Position numbers and translations under genes: made by a program. Of a stretch of DNA of 64,000 nt, positions 48,312 through 57,102 are shown one piece after another (positions within the stretch are counted from its first letter, which is position 1; each line of letters opens with the position of its first letter). The notes under the pieces were generated by a model. It saw only the letters and a list, made by a program, of their open reading frames with translations, did not search any database and was not told the origin of the DNA. Source of the DNA: Bdellovibrionales bacterium (GTDB lineage: Bacteria; Bdellovibrionota; Bdellovibrionia; Bdellovibrionales; JAGQZY01); the NCBI GenBank assembly GCA_964230645.1, contig CAXRHT010000002.1, positions 256,001 through 320,000 of the forward strand. The letters are read 5' to 3'.

Positions 48312-49055
48312 ATGGACAAACGGCCAAATCAATCGCCAAACAAAGTCTGGCTCAATCTTATTATTGATATTATTTTGCCAGTGGCGATCCTCAATAAGCT
48401 CTCCCCTTATCTCGGGGAAAATGGCCCTCTCTACGCCCTACTCATTGCTATATCTCTGCCCCTTGCCCACGGACTCTTTGATTTTATTAAAGACAAAAAA
48501 ATCAATTGGATCTCCTTATTAGGCCTTCTTAATGTGGCCTTAACCGGAGGCTTTGCATTGATGAAACTCTCGGGGTTTTGGTTTGCTGTAAAAGAGGCCA
48601 GCTTCCCCGCACTTATTGGAATCTTTGTTTTCTTTTCAAGCTTTTCTAAAAGACCACTTTTCGCATTCTTTCTCAATCAGCCGGGGATTTTTGCCATGGA
48701 AGTCATTCAAGCAAGACTTGATGAGTTCAATAATCGTGACAACTACAACAAACTCATCAAACGCTGCACTCTTTACTTTTCGGGAACCTTTTTCTTAAGT
48801 GCGCTTCTTAACTTTGGCCTTGCTATGCGTATTTTTAAAAACATACCGACAGACTTGCCTGAAAACCAAAAAGCGGAGATGCTCAACACACAGATCGCTG
48901 ATATGACTTGGATGGGTTATGTGGTGATAGCGCTCCCCTTGATGGTTATCACCACCAGCCTCTTCTATTACTGCTTACGTAGTCTCTCTAGGCTCACGTC
49001 TTTAAGCCTCAATGACCTTCTCAATCAACCTAGCCCTGAGGCTCCGGAAGCTTAG
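48312..49055 (+). CDS. VC0807-family membrane protein
   Basis: LPVAILNKLS, LTGGFAL, WFAVKEASFP and FFLSALLNF. Confidence 0.85.
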   Translation: MDKRPNQSPNKVWLNLIIDIILPVAILNKLSPYLGENGPLYALLIAISLPLAHGLFDFIKDKKINWISLLGLLNVALTGGFALMKLSGFWFAVKEASFPALIGIFVFFSSFSKRPLFAFFLNQPGIFAMEVIQARLDEFNNRDNYNKLIKRCTLYFSGTFFLSALLNFGLAMRIFKNIPTDLPENQKAEMLNTQIADMTWMGYVVIALPLMVITTSLFYYCLRSLSRLTSLSLNDLLNQPSPEAPEA

Positions 49056-49798
49056 AGCTCCTTTTTAATATGCTCAATCACCCATTCCGGGTCATCGATA
49101 CAGAGGTCATGGCCAGACCATGGATGCGTGTAGAGCGGAAGATCCCAATGTTTCGAAAAGACTATGGAGCATGAGGGATGCACCATTTTATCCCCTTTGG
49201 AATTAAATAAAACGATGGGAGTTTGAGGCGCTTTGCTAGAAAGCTTGTAGCGGGAGGCGGCCACCAGTTGCCTGACAATGTTTGCAAGCTTTGATGGCCT
49301 CGTTAAAAAAATCTCGGCCCAATCCTTTTTGATTTCATTAATTTTTTCAGGAGAGTTGGAAACCATTTTGAGAATCTCTTCTTCACGCTTGAGCACATCT
49401 CGCCCGGCCCTGGCAGCTTGAAAAAAACGCCGAAAGGCTGCAATCTGCATTCTGTGATGAATAGGAGAGAGATTTGAAAAGCTAGTGTTCATTAAAAAGA
49501 CTTTATTAAACAAGTCTTCACGCTGACTGACAAGCTCCGCTCCCACCATAGCTCCTAGAGATACCGCCAAGAGCACGCGATTTTTTGAGGAATGACTTTC
49601 TAGTTGTGTTGCCACAAAATCGGCAATGGCTTCAATGCTTATGGGACTCTGAAGTTGGTTAAACTTTCCAAAGCCTGGAAAATCAATACAGGTAACCGAG
49701 GAGCAAAACTTTTGACTTTCAAGCTGAGTGACAAAATCTCCCCAGTGACGCCCTTCTCTTGCAAGCCCTCTTAACAGAACAAAATCAGCTGACGGCAT
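49052..49798 (-). CDS. Alpha/beta hydrolase
   Basis: LLRGLAREGRHWGDF, AVSLGAM, D..V and GHDL. Confidence 0.9.
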   Translation of the reverse strand: MPSADFVLLRGLAREGRHWGDFVTQLESQKFCSSVTCIDFPGFGKFNQLQSPISIEAIADFVATQLESHSSKNRVLLAVSLGAMVGAELVSQREDLFNKVFLMNTSFSNLSPIHHRMQIAAFRRFFQAARAGRDVLKREEEILKMVSNSPEKINEIKKDWAEIFLTRPSKLANIVRQLVAASRYKLSSKAPQTPIVLFNSKGDKMVHPSCSIVFSKHWDLPLYTHPWSGHDLCIDDPEWVIEHIKKEL

Positions 49799-50831
49799 TC
49801 TTAACTCCAGAGTACCAAAGGTTTAAAGCCTCGTACTTCCAGATTTGTTTTTGTTCTTCTTTTAAATGAACCCAATCATCCGACAAAACCGCTCGATGAA
49901 GGAAGTCCATAAAGGTTTTTTGATCCCGAAGCACTCGGGCCTGCCGATGAGGCAAGATGGGATTAAAGACCCCGATGGCCCCGAAAATTTGTTTTGGATT
50001 TTTTTTGACCCATTTCCAAGACCCAAGCTCTAGGGTAAGAGGCATGCAAAACTCGTTTTGGCGTGAGTTATAATGAGTATCAAAAACATAGTCCCAGAAA
50101 TCTCCATGGGTCGTATACTGAATGCTTTGTGGTTCAACGGCATAGACATGGTTGGGGTAAGCATTATTGAGGAGCTCTCTAAAGGCGTAGGCTTCTACGA
50201 AATAAGGAAAAGGTTTTTTGGTGCGGGCATAGGGAAACCATAGGCGATCGACGGAACCAAAACCGGAGTGCACATCAAGACAAATAGAAAGTCTTGAAGG
50301 AAGAACTCTTTCCTTTAAAAAATCAAAAAGAACTTGGTTTTCGGTTTCCATCCCATCGGTTAAGGCTCCTCGATAAAATGGAATTTTTGGGGAAAGACGA
50401 TGCCCGCCGTACAAAAATCGGGTGGCCTCTTCAGAGAATACCGGAGCATTTCTCATAAGGTCCACATTGTTACCATTGGAACGCGAGCGACGGAACATAC
50501 CCACGGGATTGAGGATCGGTACAAACACAAGCCTTGAGTATTTCAGACGGTCCTTAAGGGTTTGATCCCAACTCAAAAGCTCAATAATTGTTCGCAAAGT
50601 GGAAAGAACGACCATCGACCCAATCCGTTCAAGACCATGAACACCACCGATCATGGCGAAACAAGGACTTGTTGTCTCTTCCGATCCTATTTCAATGGAG
50701 TAAATGGGAAAGGTGTAGCCGTCATAGGGGATTTCAGCGAGTACTCGGGTACGGGCTTTGGAGCCCAGTTTTTCAATCAACGCCTCTAATTCAATGAGCT
50801 CAGGCAACCGCTTTTCCAGTACTTTTCTCAC
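49785..50831 (-). CDS. M14-family zinc carboxypeptidase (DUF2817-like)
   Basis: GGVHGLERIG, RSNGNNVDLMRN, DVHSGFG and LTLELGSW. Confidence 0.9.
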   Translation of the reverse strand: MRKVLEKRLPELIELEALIEKLGSKARTRVLAEIPYDGYTFPIYSIEIGSEETTSPCFAMIGGVHGLERIGSMVVLSTLRTIIELLSWDQTLKDRLKYSRLVFVPILNPVGMFRRSRSNGNNVDLMRNAPVFSEEATRFLYGGHRLSPKIPFYRGALTDGMETENQVLFDFLKERVLPSRLSICLDVHSGFGSVDRLWFPYARTKKPFPYFVEAYAFRELLNNAYPNHVYAVEPQSIQYTTHGDFWDYVFDTHYNSRQNEFCMPLTLELGSWKWVKKNPKQIFGAIGVFNPILPHRQARVLRDQKTFMDFLHRAVLSDDWVHLKEEQKQIWKYEALNLWYSGVKNAVS

Positions 50832-50857
50832 AATGCTCCCCTTTGACCTTTAGTTTA

Positions 50858-51679
50858 CTACAGGACTTGGCATTGGGGACACCAAAAACTATTTCTCCCG
50901 ACGATAGCTTGGCTTTCAATTTCTTTTTGACAGACACGGCAGGGCTGAGACTTTCTGCCATAGACAAAATGCATATTCTGAAAACTCCCTCGCTCCCCAT
51001 CGGTGTTGGTATAATTTTGAATGCTAGAGCCTCCAAGCTCGATCGCTTCAAACAATATTCTTCGAATGGATTTAGCAAGAAGCTGCCACTCGTTTAAAGA
51101 CAGTTTGTGACAAGGTTTCTTAGGATGAATGCCTGCAAGATAAAGCGCTTCACTGGCGTAGATATTACCCACTCCAACAACGACCCTTTGATTCATAATA
51201 CCCACCTTCACAGCCACTTGTGAGTCTTTAAGAGTTTCATACAAATAACGACCGCTGAATTTTGCATCACTGACCGGATCAACGCCCAAGGATGAAAGTC
51301 GAGTCACCATAGGTAAAGTGCCTTTATTGAAAACTTCAAACATGCCAAAGCGTCTTGCATCTTGGTACGTCATGGTTCGACCATCACTTAAGTGAATTCT
51401 TATATGGTCGTGTTTTTCTTTGGCTTTTTCAAAGCGCCACGAACCCGTCATTCCCAGATGAGAGAGAAGCACATAATCTTCAAGAAAAAAGAGAAGGTAC
51501 TTAGCCTTACGCTCAACAGAAAGGATGCGTTGACCACAAATCGCCTTTAAAAGTTTTGGATCAGGACTATAACGAAGCTTTTTATCACTTCTTTCCACCT
51601 TCAAAATTGCAACCCTATCAAAGTCGAGGCGACGACTCAGCCCTCTTCTTACAGTTTCCACCTCTGGCAACTCTGGCAT
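50858..51679 (-). CDS. mutM: Formamidopyrimidine-DNA glycosylase
   Basis: MPELPEVET, HLGMTG, GVGNIYASE and C-terminal zinc finger. Confidence 0.97.
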   Translation of the reverse strand: MPELPEVETVRRGLSRRLDFDRVAILKVERSDKKLRYSPDPKLLKAICGQRILSVERKAKYLLFFLEDYVLLSHLGMTGSWRFEKAKEKHDHIRIHLSDGRTMTYQDARRFGMFEVFNKGTLPMVTRLSSLGVDPVSDAKFSGRYLYETLKDSQVAVKVGIMNQRVVVGVGNIYASEALYLAGIHPKKPCHKLSLNEWQLLAKSIRRILFEAIELGGSSIQNYTNTDGERGSFQNMHFVYGRKSQPCRVCQKEIESQAIVGRNSFWCPQCQVL

Positions 51680-51774
51680 TAGACCCCTTATTTATCTTTT
51701 CAATAAAATTTAACATCCGCTTTTTTGCAGAATACTAGCTTTGATAGGGGCATATAACAATATAGAGTTTCTAT

Positions 51775-52041
51775 TGTCATTAGGAACCATTTGTCATTCT
51801 GAGCAATTCGTCCTTCTAAGCAATTCGTCATTCTGAGCGAAGCGAAGAATCTTTAGCTATTACAGGGAGATCCTTCGCTTCACTCAGGATGACAGGCAAC
51901 AATACGCTCAGGATGACAAATAGCAATCTGTCATTCTTAGCCATTTGTCATTCTGAGCGGAGCGAAGAATCTACCGCCACTGAGCTCACATGGCGAACCA
52001 TAGTCCTCGGCAACAGGTCCTTCGCTCCGCTCAGGACGACA
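51775..52041. repeat. Cluster of REP-like palindromes with 17-bp partial tandem copies
   Basis: Two GTCATTCTGAGCGRAGCGAAGAATCT ... AGRTCCTTCGCT..CTCAGGAYGACA pairs (~51827-51894 and 51946-52041), plus truncated arm repeats. Confidence 0.85.
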
Positions 52042-52081
52042 ATATGCAGTAGACGATATGCAAAAGACGATATCTAGTAAT

Positions 52082-52115
52082 GGGGCCTGAGTCATTACAC
52101 TCAAGCCCCCTTTTG
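52082..52115. terminator. Hairpin/terminator downstream of 52118..52741
   Basis: GGGGC-CTGAGT-N6-ACTCAA-GCCCC followed by a T-run. Confidence 0.5.
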
Positions 52116-52117
52116 TT

Positions 52118-52741
52118 CTAAAAGCGAAAGAAATAGGCCCCATTAAATTGAGTTCCACTGAAGTCATTATCAAGTCCTGTGATAAGTGATCCCTCCATAA
52201 AAACCCCAGCCTTCTCCCCTATTTTAATACCCAGGGTATTTGAAAGAAGAGAGCCATCAGCAGAGCTTGAGGCATCTGAAGAGACTGTTCTCAACATATA
52301 CTTGGTAGCTCCATAAAGACTTGTCATCTTGCTGACATCATAGCTGGCGTAAAGGGGAATCATTAGATCAATGATACTTGATTCTGCGGTTTCACCGTTC
52401 GACTCGGATTCAAAGGAAAGATACCCCAAGCCTAGGCCTGTGGCTAAGGCGAATTTTTCGCCATTGATGAGGTTGTATTTCACATCCACATTGGCTGTTC
52501 CTATGATGGCAATCTTGACACCAAAATCAAAATCTTTCCAAATTCCGCGGCGGTAAGCGTACTCGATCAAAGGCAAACTGATATCAGAGCCTCCAATGAA
52601 ATCATCACTTGAATAAAACCCCATTCCTATGGCGTGAAAGGAATCACCCTCCTCCAAAACTCTTGCTGTTTGCAGAGTGGAGACACTGGCACAGTTTGCA
52701 AAAATAAAACTCACACTGAGATACAAAATTATCTTCTTCAT
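52118..52741 (-). CDS. Lipoprotein/outer-membrane beta-barrel hypothetical protein
   Basis: FANC lipobox, LQTARVL motif, C-terminal FRF. Confidence 0.75.
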   Translation of the reverse strand: MKKIILYLSVSFIFANCASVSTLQTARVLEEGDSFHAIGMGFYSSDDFIGGSDISLPLIEYAYRRGIWKDFDFGVKIAIIGTANVDVKYNLINGEKFALATGLGLGYLSFESESNGETAESSIIDLMIPLYASYDVSKMTSLYGATKYMLRTVSSDASSSADGSLLSNTLGIKIGEKAGVFMEGSLITGLDNDFSGTQFNGAYFFRF

Positions 52742-52750
52742 TGCAGCAAC

Positions 52751-53281
52751 CTATCTTCGTGTAATTTCAATACTGTTGAAAAAGTGACTGCACTCTTGGG
52801 TCTCCTCAAAAAGAATACGCAGGAGATACCTTTGGCCTGAGACCACTGGCCAACTGTCAAACATTCCCAATGTATAACTATCAAGAATCTCCCCTTGAGA
52901 GTCGACCTCAATCCAGGTCATACGTCGCTGCCAATCTCCACAATCGCCCTGATAAGAGGTCGAAAACTGCACGAACTCAAGGTCAGCACTTTCAATGGCC
53001 TTAAACTCTAAATCAACGACCGCGTCCGGGCTTGAGTCTTTCAGTGAAAAAGACACAGCTTCATCGAGACTTAATTCTAAAACTCCGTGATAGCTTGCCG
53101 ATTGACTGATGGTAGGCACGGTTTCAGGCACTTCTTGGGGGCTCAATTCGCTTTCTTCATTGTCAGTTCCTGTGTTGATACCAGGGGCCGGTACATTGTT
53201 GAACACCTGTTCAGCCGCGTCTTCTCCACTACAAGCCGACAATAGCGCTAAAACTATTATGTAACATTTTATTTTACTCAT
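52751..53281 (-). CDS. Hypothetical lipoprotein
   Basis: AGGAG RBS before ATG 53281; LSAC lipobox. Confidence 0.7.
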   Translation of the reverse strand: MSKIKCYIIVLALLSACSGEDAAEQVFNNVPAPGINTGTDNEESELSPQEVPETVPTISQSASYHGVLELSLDEAVSFSLKDSSPDAVVDLEFKAIESADLEFVQFSTSYQGDCGDWQRRMTWIEVDSQGEILDSYTLGMFDSWPVVSGQRYLLRILFEETQECSHFFNSIEITRR

Positions 53282-53424
53282 GATCTCTCTCCTTTTTTGG
53301 TTTGTTGGAGCCGATCTTTTGACATGCAAATTACATAACTTCAATTATTTTTTACATATTGTAACTTTTTTGAGGATGCAAATAGCAAAACTCGAGTCAT
53401 GACTCGCTTTAACGCAGCCGGTTG

Positions 53425-54051
53425 TTAAACGAGAATTCTATCGATTACCTGGTCTAATTTTTCTTTGAAGGAGCGCGGTAGGCGCTTTTTTTGAGCGCCC
53501 TCGGTGGCTAACATTTTAATAAATAAGCCCACAGCGTACTCGTGAATCATGGCCGCAATCTGTTTAGAGTCCGCGGTTTTAGGAAGGAGACCTTCCCGCT
53601 CGGCTTGTTGAACATAGCGGTAAACGCGCTCGCCACCGAGTTTAAAAGCGCGCTGCCCTGTTTTGCCATTGGACCCATCAAGACTACTGTAATAGTAGGT
53701 CAAAAGGATAATCTTGGCTTGGTCGCGGTGATGAAACCCCCAATTGATATTTTCATAACAGTGGGTCCTTAGCGCCTCAACTCCATCCATTGTGTTTTTG
53801 ATTTTGGCGTCCACCCAAGTGTGATTGTTAAAGGATACATATTTTCTAACGGCAAGAAGGAGATTCTCCTTACTCTCAAAGTGCTTCAAAATAAGGGGAT
53901 GAGAGGTGGCCGTCTCTCGGGCAATTTCCTTTAGAGTCACGTGATTGAAGCCATCCTGACTAAAAAGCCTAATGGCGCCCTTCATAATTTTAATTTTTGT
54001 CTCTTGTCCCTTTGTCAGGTCCGAAGAAGCAAACCAATTCCAATCTTGCAA
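53425..54051 (-). CDS. TetR/AcrR family regulator
   Basis: AIRLFSQDGF..TLKEIARE..HFESKENL HTH. Confidence 0.9.
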   Translation of the reverse strand: MQDWNWFASSDLTKGQETKIKIMKGAIRLFSQDGFNHVTLKEIARETATSHPLILKHFESKENLLLAVRKYVSFNNHTWVDAKIKNTMDGVEALRTHCYENINWGFHHRDQAKIILLTYYYSSLDGSNGKTGQRAFKLGGERVYRYVQQAEREGLLPKTADSKQIAAMIHEYAVGLFIKMLATEGAQKKRLPRSFKEKLDQVIDRILV

Positions 54052-54192
54052 TATTGTCCTCTTTTTCGCTGGTGGGTTTATCTTAATAGAAAAAATGGAA
54101 AAAATATAGAAGGTCCAACAAAGATTGAAAACAATCCAAGACTCTCCTAATCTTAATTAAGATCTTGTAACTCTTCTCCTCAGGACGGCTTT

Positions 54193-55755
54193 ATTTTTAT
54201 TCTATCCAAAAAAATCCAAGCCTTTTCCCTATCGATCCTGGTCGCTCTAGGGGCTAGTCTTTCTGTTTTTGCCTGCACTCCCTCCGAGGAAGCTCAGCAA
54301 GAAGCGAGTCGACTTAATGTGAGCCTTGGAAGTGCTCCTGACACTCTGGACTGGCATATTACCACCAGTCTTGTCTCGGGCTGGGTAAATATAAATACCA
54401 TGCGCGGACTTTTTGCCTACAACCTTGATGTCAAAGAGATTGAATTAAAAGCTGACCTCGTAGACACCTATCGCTCCAGTCCTAGCAAGAAAAATTGGAA
54501 TTTTTGCCTAAAAAAAGACATTCAGTGGTCTGACGGTGAACCTCTGCAAATTCAGCACGTCATCGATTCTTGGCAAAGGCTTCTTAATCCAGAGATCGGC
54601 TCGCCCCACGCTCATCAACTCTTTAATATTGTGGGAGCCAAAGCCTTCTACCAAAATAAGTTGGCTTTCTCACAGGTGGGGATAAGAAAGATTAACGACC
54701 GCTGCTTTTCCATCGATCTCATCCATTCGGATGCAAACTTCCCTCATAGACTCACAGCCCCCTACCTCTACCCTATTCGTAAAGATCTTATTAACATTCA
54801 TAAAGAGAAATGGACCCTTCCTAAAAACTGGGTGGGTCTTGGAGCTTATAAGCTTAACCAAGGCGACCTCTCCACACACCTTCTTCTTAGAAAAAATAAG
54901 AAAGCTAAAAAAATTAAAAGCGGTCCCGAAGAAGTGAAACTCTTTTGGCTGGATTCAGCAAAAACGGCCCTCAACCTTTTTCAATCAGGGCAACTGGACC
55001 TCATTAAATCCCCGCAAGCGCCACTGCTCACCCCAGCCTTGCGCCAAGAATCCCAAGTGAGCTCTCCCTCTATGGGGCTTACCTTCATCGGTTTTAATGA
55101 GACAAAGACAATCGATCGAGAAGTTAAAACCCAGCTACAAGCCCTTGTTGCCACTGCGAGCTTCACTGAAAAGATTTTTAAGGATCGTCCCAGAACTAGA
55201 ACCCTCATACCTTGGGAAAAATTTGATTTGAATCCGAAAAGTCAAAAAAACCATCAAACAGCAGAAATCAAAAAACTCAACCCTACGAGGAAATTAGTGC
55301 TAAGCACCCCTTCAGCGGATCTGGATATTTTGCAAAGGATCGCCTATTTAAGCAAAAAAAAGCTCAACTTAAACATCGAAATCAAAATCGAAAACTCTTC
55401 GCAATACTTCTTTAATCTTTTAAACAACAACAATTTTGACCTTTATCGCCTCTCTTACACCCCGGCCATACTCCTGCCGAGCATTTACCTTGAAATGTTC
55501 GCCAGCAATGCTCATAACAATTTCAGTGGGTACAAAAATAAAAAATACTCCAAAAAATTGGCGAAGCTAAAAAGATCTCCTCAGGCTTTCAGCCAAAGAA
55601 AACTTTTGCAAACACTGGAGAATAAGCTTCTTTATGAGGACATAGTCATCCTCCCCCTTTATCGCAATAGGGAAGCTTTTTTACTTGATAAGAAAAAGTG
55701 GCAATGGGAGCCTCATCCGAGTGGTCGAATTCGTTTTGAGCGTTTTACTCACTAA
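54193..55755 (+). CDS. OppA-like peptide ABC substrate-binding lipoprotein (start probably non-canonical ATT)
   Basis: PDTLDW, WSDGEP..SWQRLLNP and GAYKL motifs. An in-frame lipoprotein signal ending VFA-C lies upstream of GTG 54319. Confidence 0.8.
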   Translation: MFILSKKIQAFSLSILVALGASLSVFACTPSEEAQQEASRLNVSLGSAPDTLDWHITTSLVSGWVNINTMRGLFAYNLDVKEIELKADLVDTYRSSPSKKNWNFCLKKDIQWSDGEPLQIQHVIDSWQRLLNPEIGSPHAHQLFNIVGAKAFYQNKLAFSQVGIRKINDRCFSIDLIHSDANFPHRLTAPYLYPIRKDLINIHKEKWTLPKNWVGLGAYKLNQGDLSTHLLLRKNKKAKKIKSGPEEVKLFWLDSAKTALNLFQSGQLDLIKSPQAPLLTPALRQESQVSSPSMGLTFIGFNETKTIDREVKTQLQALVATASFTEKIFKDRPRTRTLIPWEKFDLNPKSQKNHQTAEIKKLNPTRKLVLSTPSADLDILQRIAYLSKKKLNLNIEIKIENSSQYFFNLLNNNNFDLYRLSYTPAILLPSIYLEMFASNAHNNFSGYKNKKYSKKLAKLKRSPQAFSQRKLLQTLENKLLYEDIVILPLYRNREAFLLDKKKWQWEPHPSGRIRFERFTH

Positions 55756-57102
55756 TTACAGCCCCCAGGGATCGTCTTGGTCAAAGGAGAAACGACTGTT
55801 GTCATCAAAACTTTGCTCCTCTCTGGCCAACTGAACAAACTGATCTAAAAGATCTAGCCCCAGTCTTGGATCTTCAATAATCAATAGGTCTTTAAGGAGA
55901 TTCTCTAAATTACGCCAATTGGGGATATATTGATCTTTAATTTCGAGGGGAATGGAACGGAAGACCACCCATAGTTTTTCTACAAGTTCTCGGTAATTCA
56001 GGAAAATTTGATCTAATTTTTGGGCCCCTAGCCGTGTTGTCTCATTGTATTCTTCAAAAGCCTGTCTAAAAAAATAATTGGCTTCCTCAAGGGAATTGAT
56101 CTCGATGCGAATTTGATCCACCTGACGATTGACCCGAGTCACTTGATCAAATCTCTGCGCCCATCCTCTTCGAAAGCGGGCGTGCACATCGGCGTCCATG
56201 GCACCCTGGGACTGCCCTCTCACTGTGGGCAGGATAGATTTATCATAATGCCGATTAATAAAGTCTCGACCTTTTATTTGAATAAGAGTGAGGCCGTCAT
56301 GAGTTTTGATGGGCAGCATCAGTCCTGTTTCAGACTCCCGGTAAACGATTTCAAAGCCCTTTTCTACCTGAAGAGGAATAAGAGATTCTCTTGTCACACC
56401 GTAAATGATCAGTTGATCAATCTCAGGAGTAAAGCGTTGAAAGACCGAGTACTCGCTATCGTTGTAGTGCGTGTCGACAAGGCCAGCCACATAGGCATAG
56501 GCCGCATCGACAACATCGACAAAATATTTAGGTCCATCGAGAAGTCCCAATTCTATCACGCTCTCGCCTTTTTCTCTTGCCGGTAAAATAAGATCGGGAT
56601 TGCGACGCTCCATCGGCAGGCGCGAATCCGTCCAGGAGGCCTCATGCCACTGTTTTCCATAGCGATAAGGCAGCGGGGAACCATCAAAGATACGAATTCC
56701 TCCCTGCTCGCCGTTGTACTCAAAACTGATATATTCTGAACGCAAAGGGGATAAGCTCCTATCGAGTGCATAAAGGGCGTTGATCTGAGCCACCGTATAA
56801 TGTCCTGATTGCAACCAGTTGCTGAGGGTCTTTTTTACGATTTCATCAGTCACCGGAACTGAGGTATTTTCATTGAATACATTGAGACCGGCTTGAAATC
56901 TTCGGGTTTGCCTGGTGGACTGGCGTGTGGTGAGAGCAAACTCAACCGGTGAAAAAACTTGCCGACATTGGCCCGCATTCTTTGGTCCAAAACTTTGTGC
57001 ACGACCAGTCGAATAGACGCTTAGATTCGACACAGCTGTTGAGGCTTTAATCGCTGTGAACATACTAAAAACGAAGACCGTCAGTGTCGCAAAATATTTC
57101 AA
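55756..57102 (-). CDS. Secreted CxxVF-motif protein with putative GNAT/acyl-synthase-like domain (paralog A)
   Basis: Signal peptide, CRQVF, GGIRIFDGS..LPME..VIELGLL. Similar to the upstream gene. Confidence 0.65.
   Translation of the reverse strand: MKYFATLTVFVFSMFTAIKASTAVSNLSVYSTGRAQSFGPKNAGQCRQVFSPVEFALTTRQSTRQTRRFQAGLNVFNENTSVPVTDEIVKKTLSNWLQSGHYTVAQINALYALDRSLSPLRSEYISFEYNGEQGGIRIFDGSPLPYRYGKQWHEASWTDSRLPMERRNPDLILPAREKGESVIELGLLDGPKYFVDVVDAAYAYVAGLVDTHYNDSEYSVFQRFTPEIDQLIIYGVTRESLIPLQVEKGFEIVYRESETGLMLPIKTHDGLTLIQIKGRDFINRHYDKSILPTVRGQSQGAMDADVHARFRRGWAQRFDQVTRVNRQVDQIRIEINSLEEANYFFRQAFEEYNETTRLGAQKLDQIFLNYRELVEKLWVVFRSIPLEIKDQYIPNWRNLENLLKDLLIIEDPRLGLDLLDQFVQLAREEQSFDDNSRFSFDQDDPWGL

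Noticed and set aside
51889..52173. ORFs 51889..52077 (+) and 51937..52173 (-)
   Set aside because: They are translations of the palindromic repeat (CHSERSEES/RPERSEG) and are very unlikely to be real proteins.
56113..56586. 157-aa plus-strand ORF
   Set aside because: Fully antisense to 55756..57102, whose frame is supported by similarity to its paralog.
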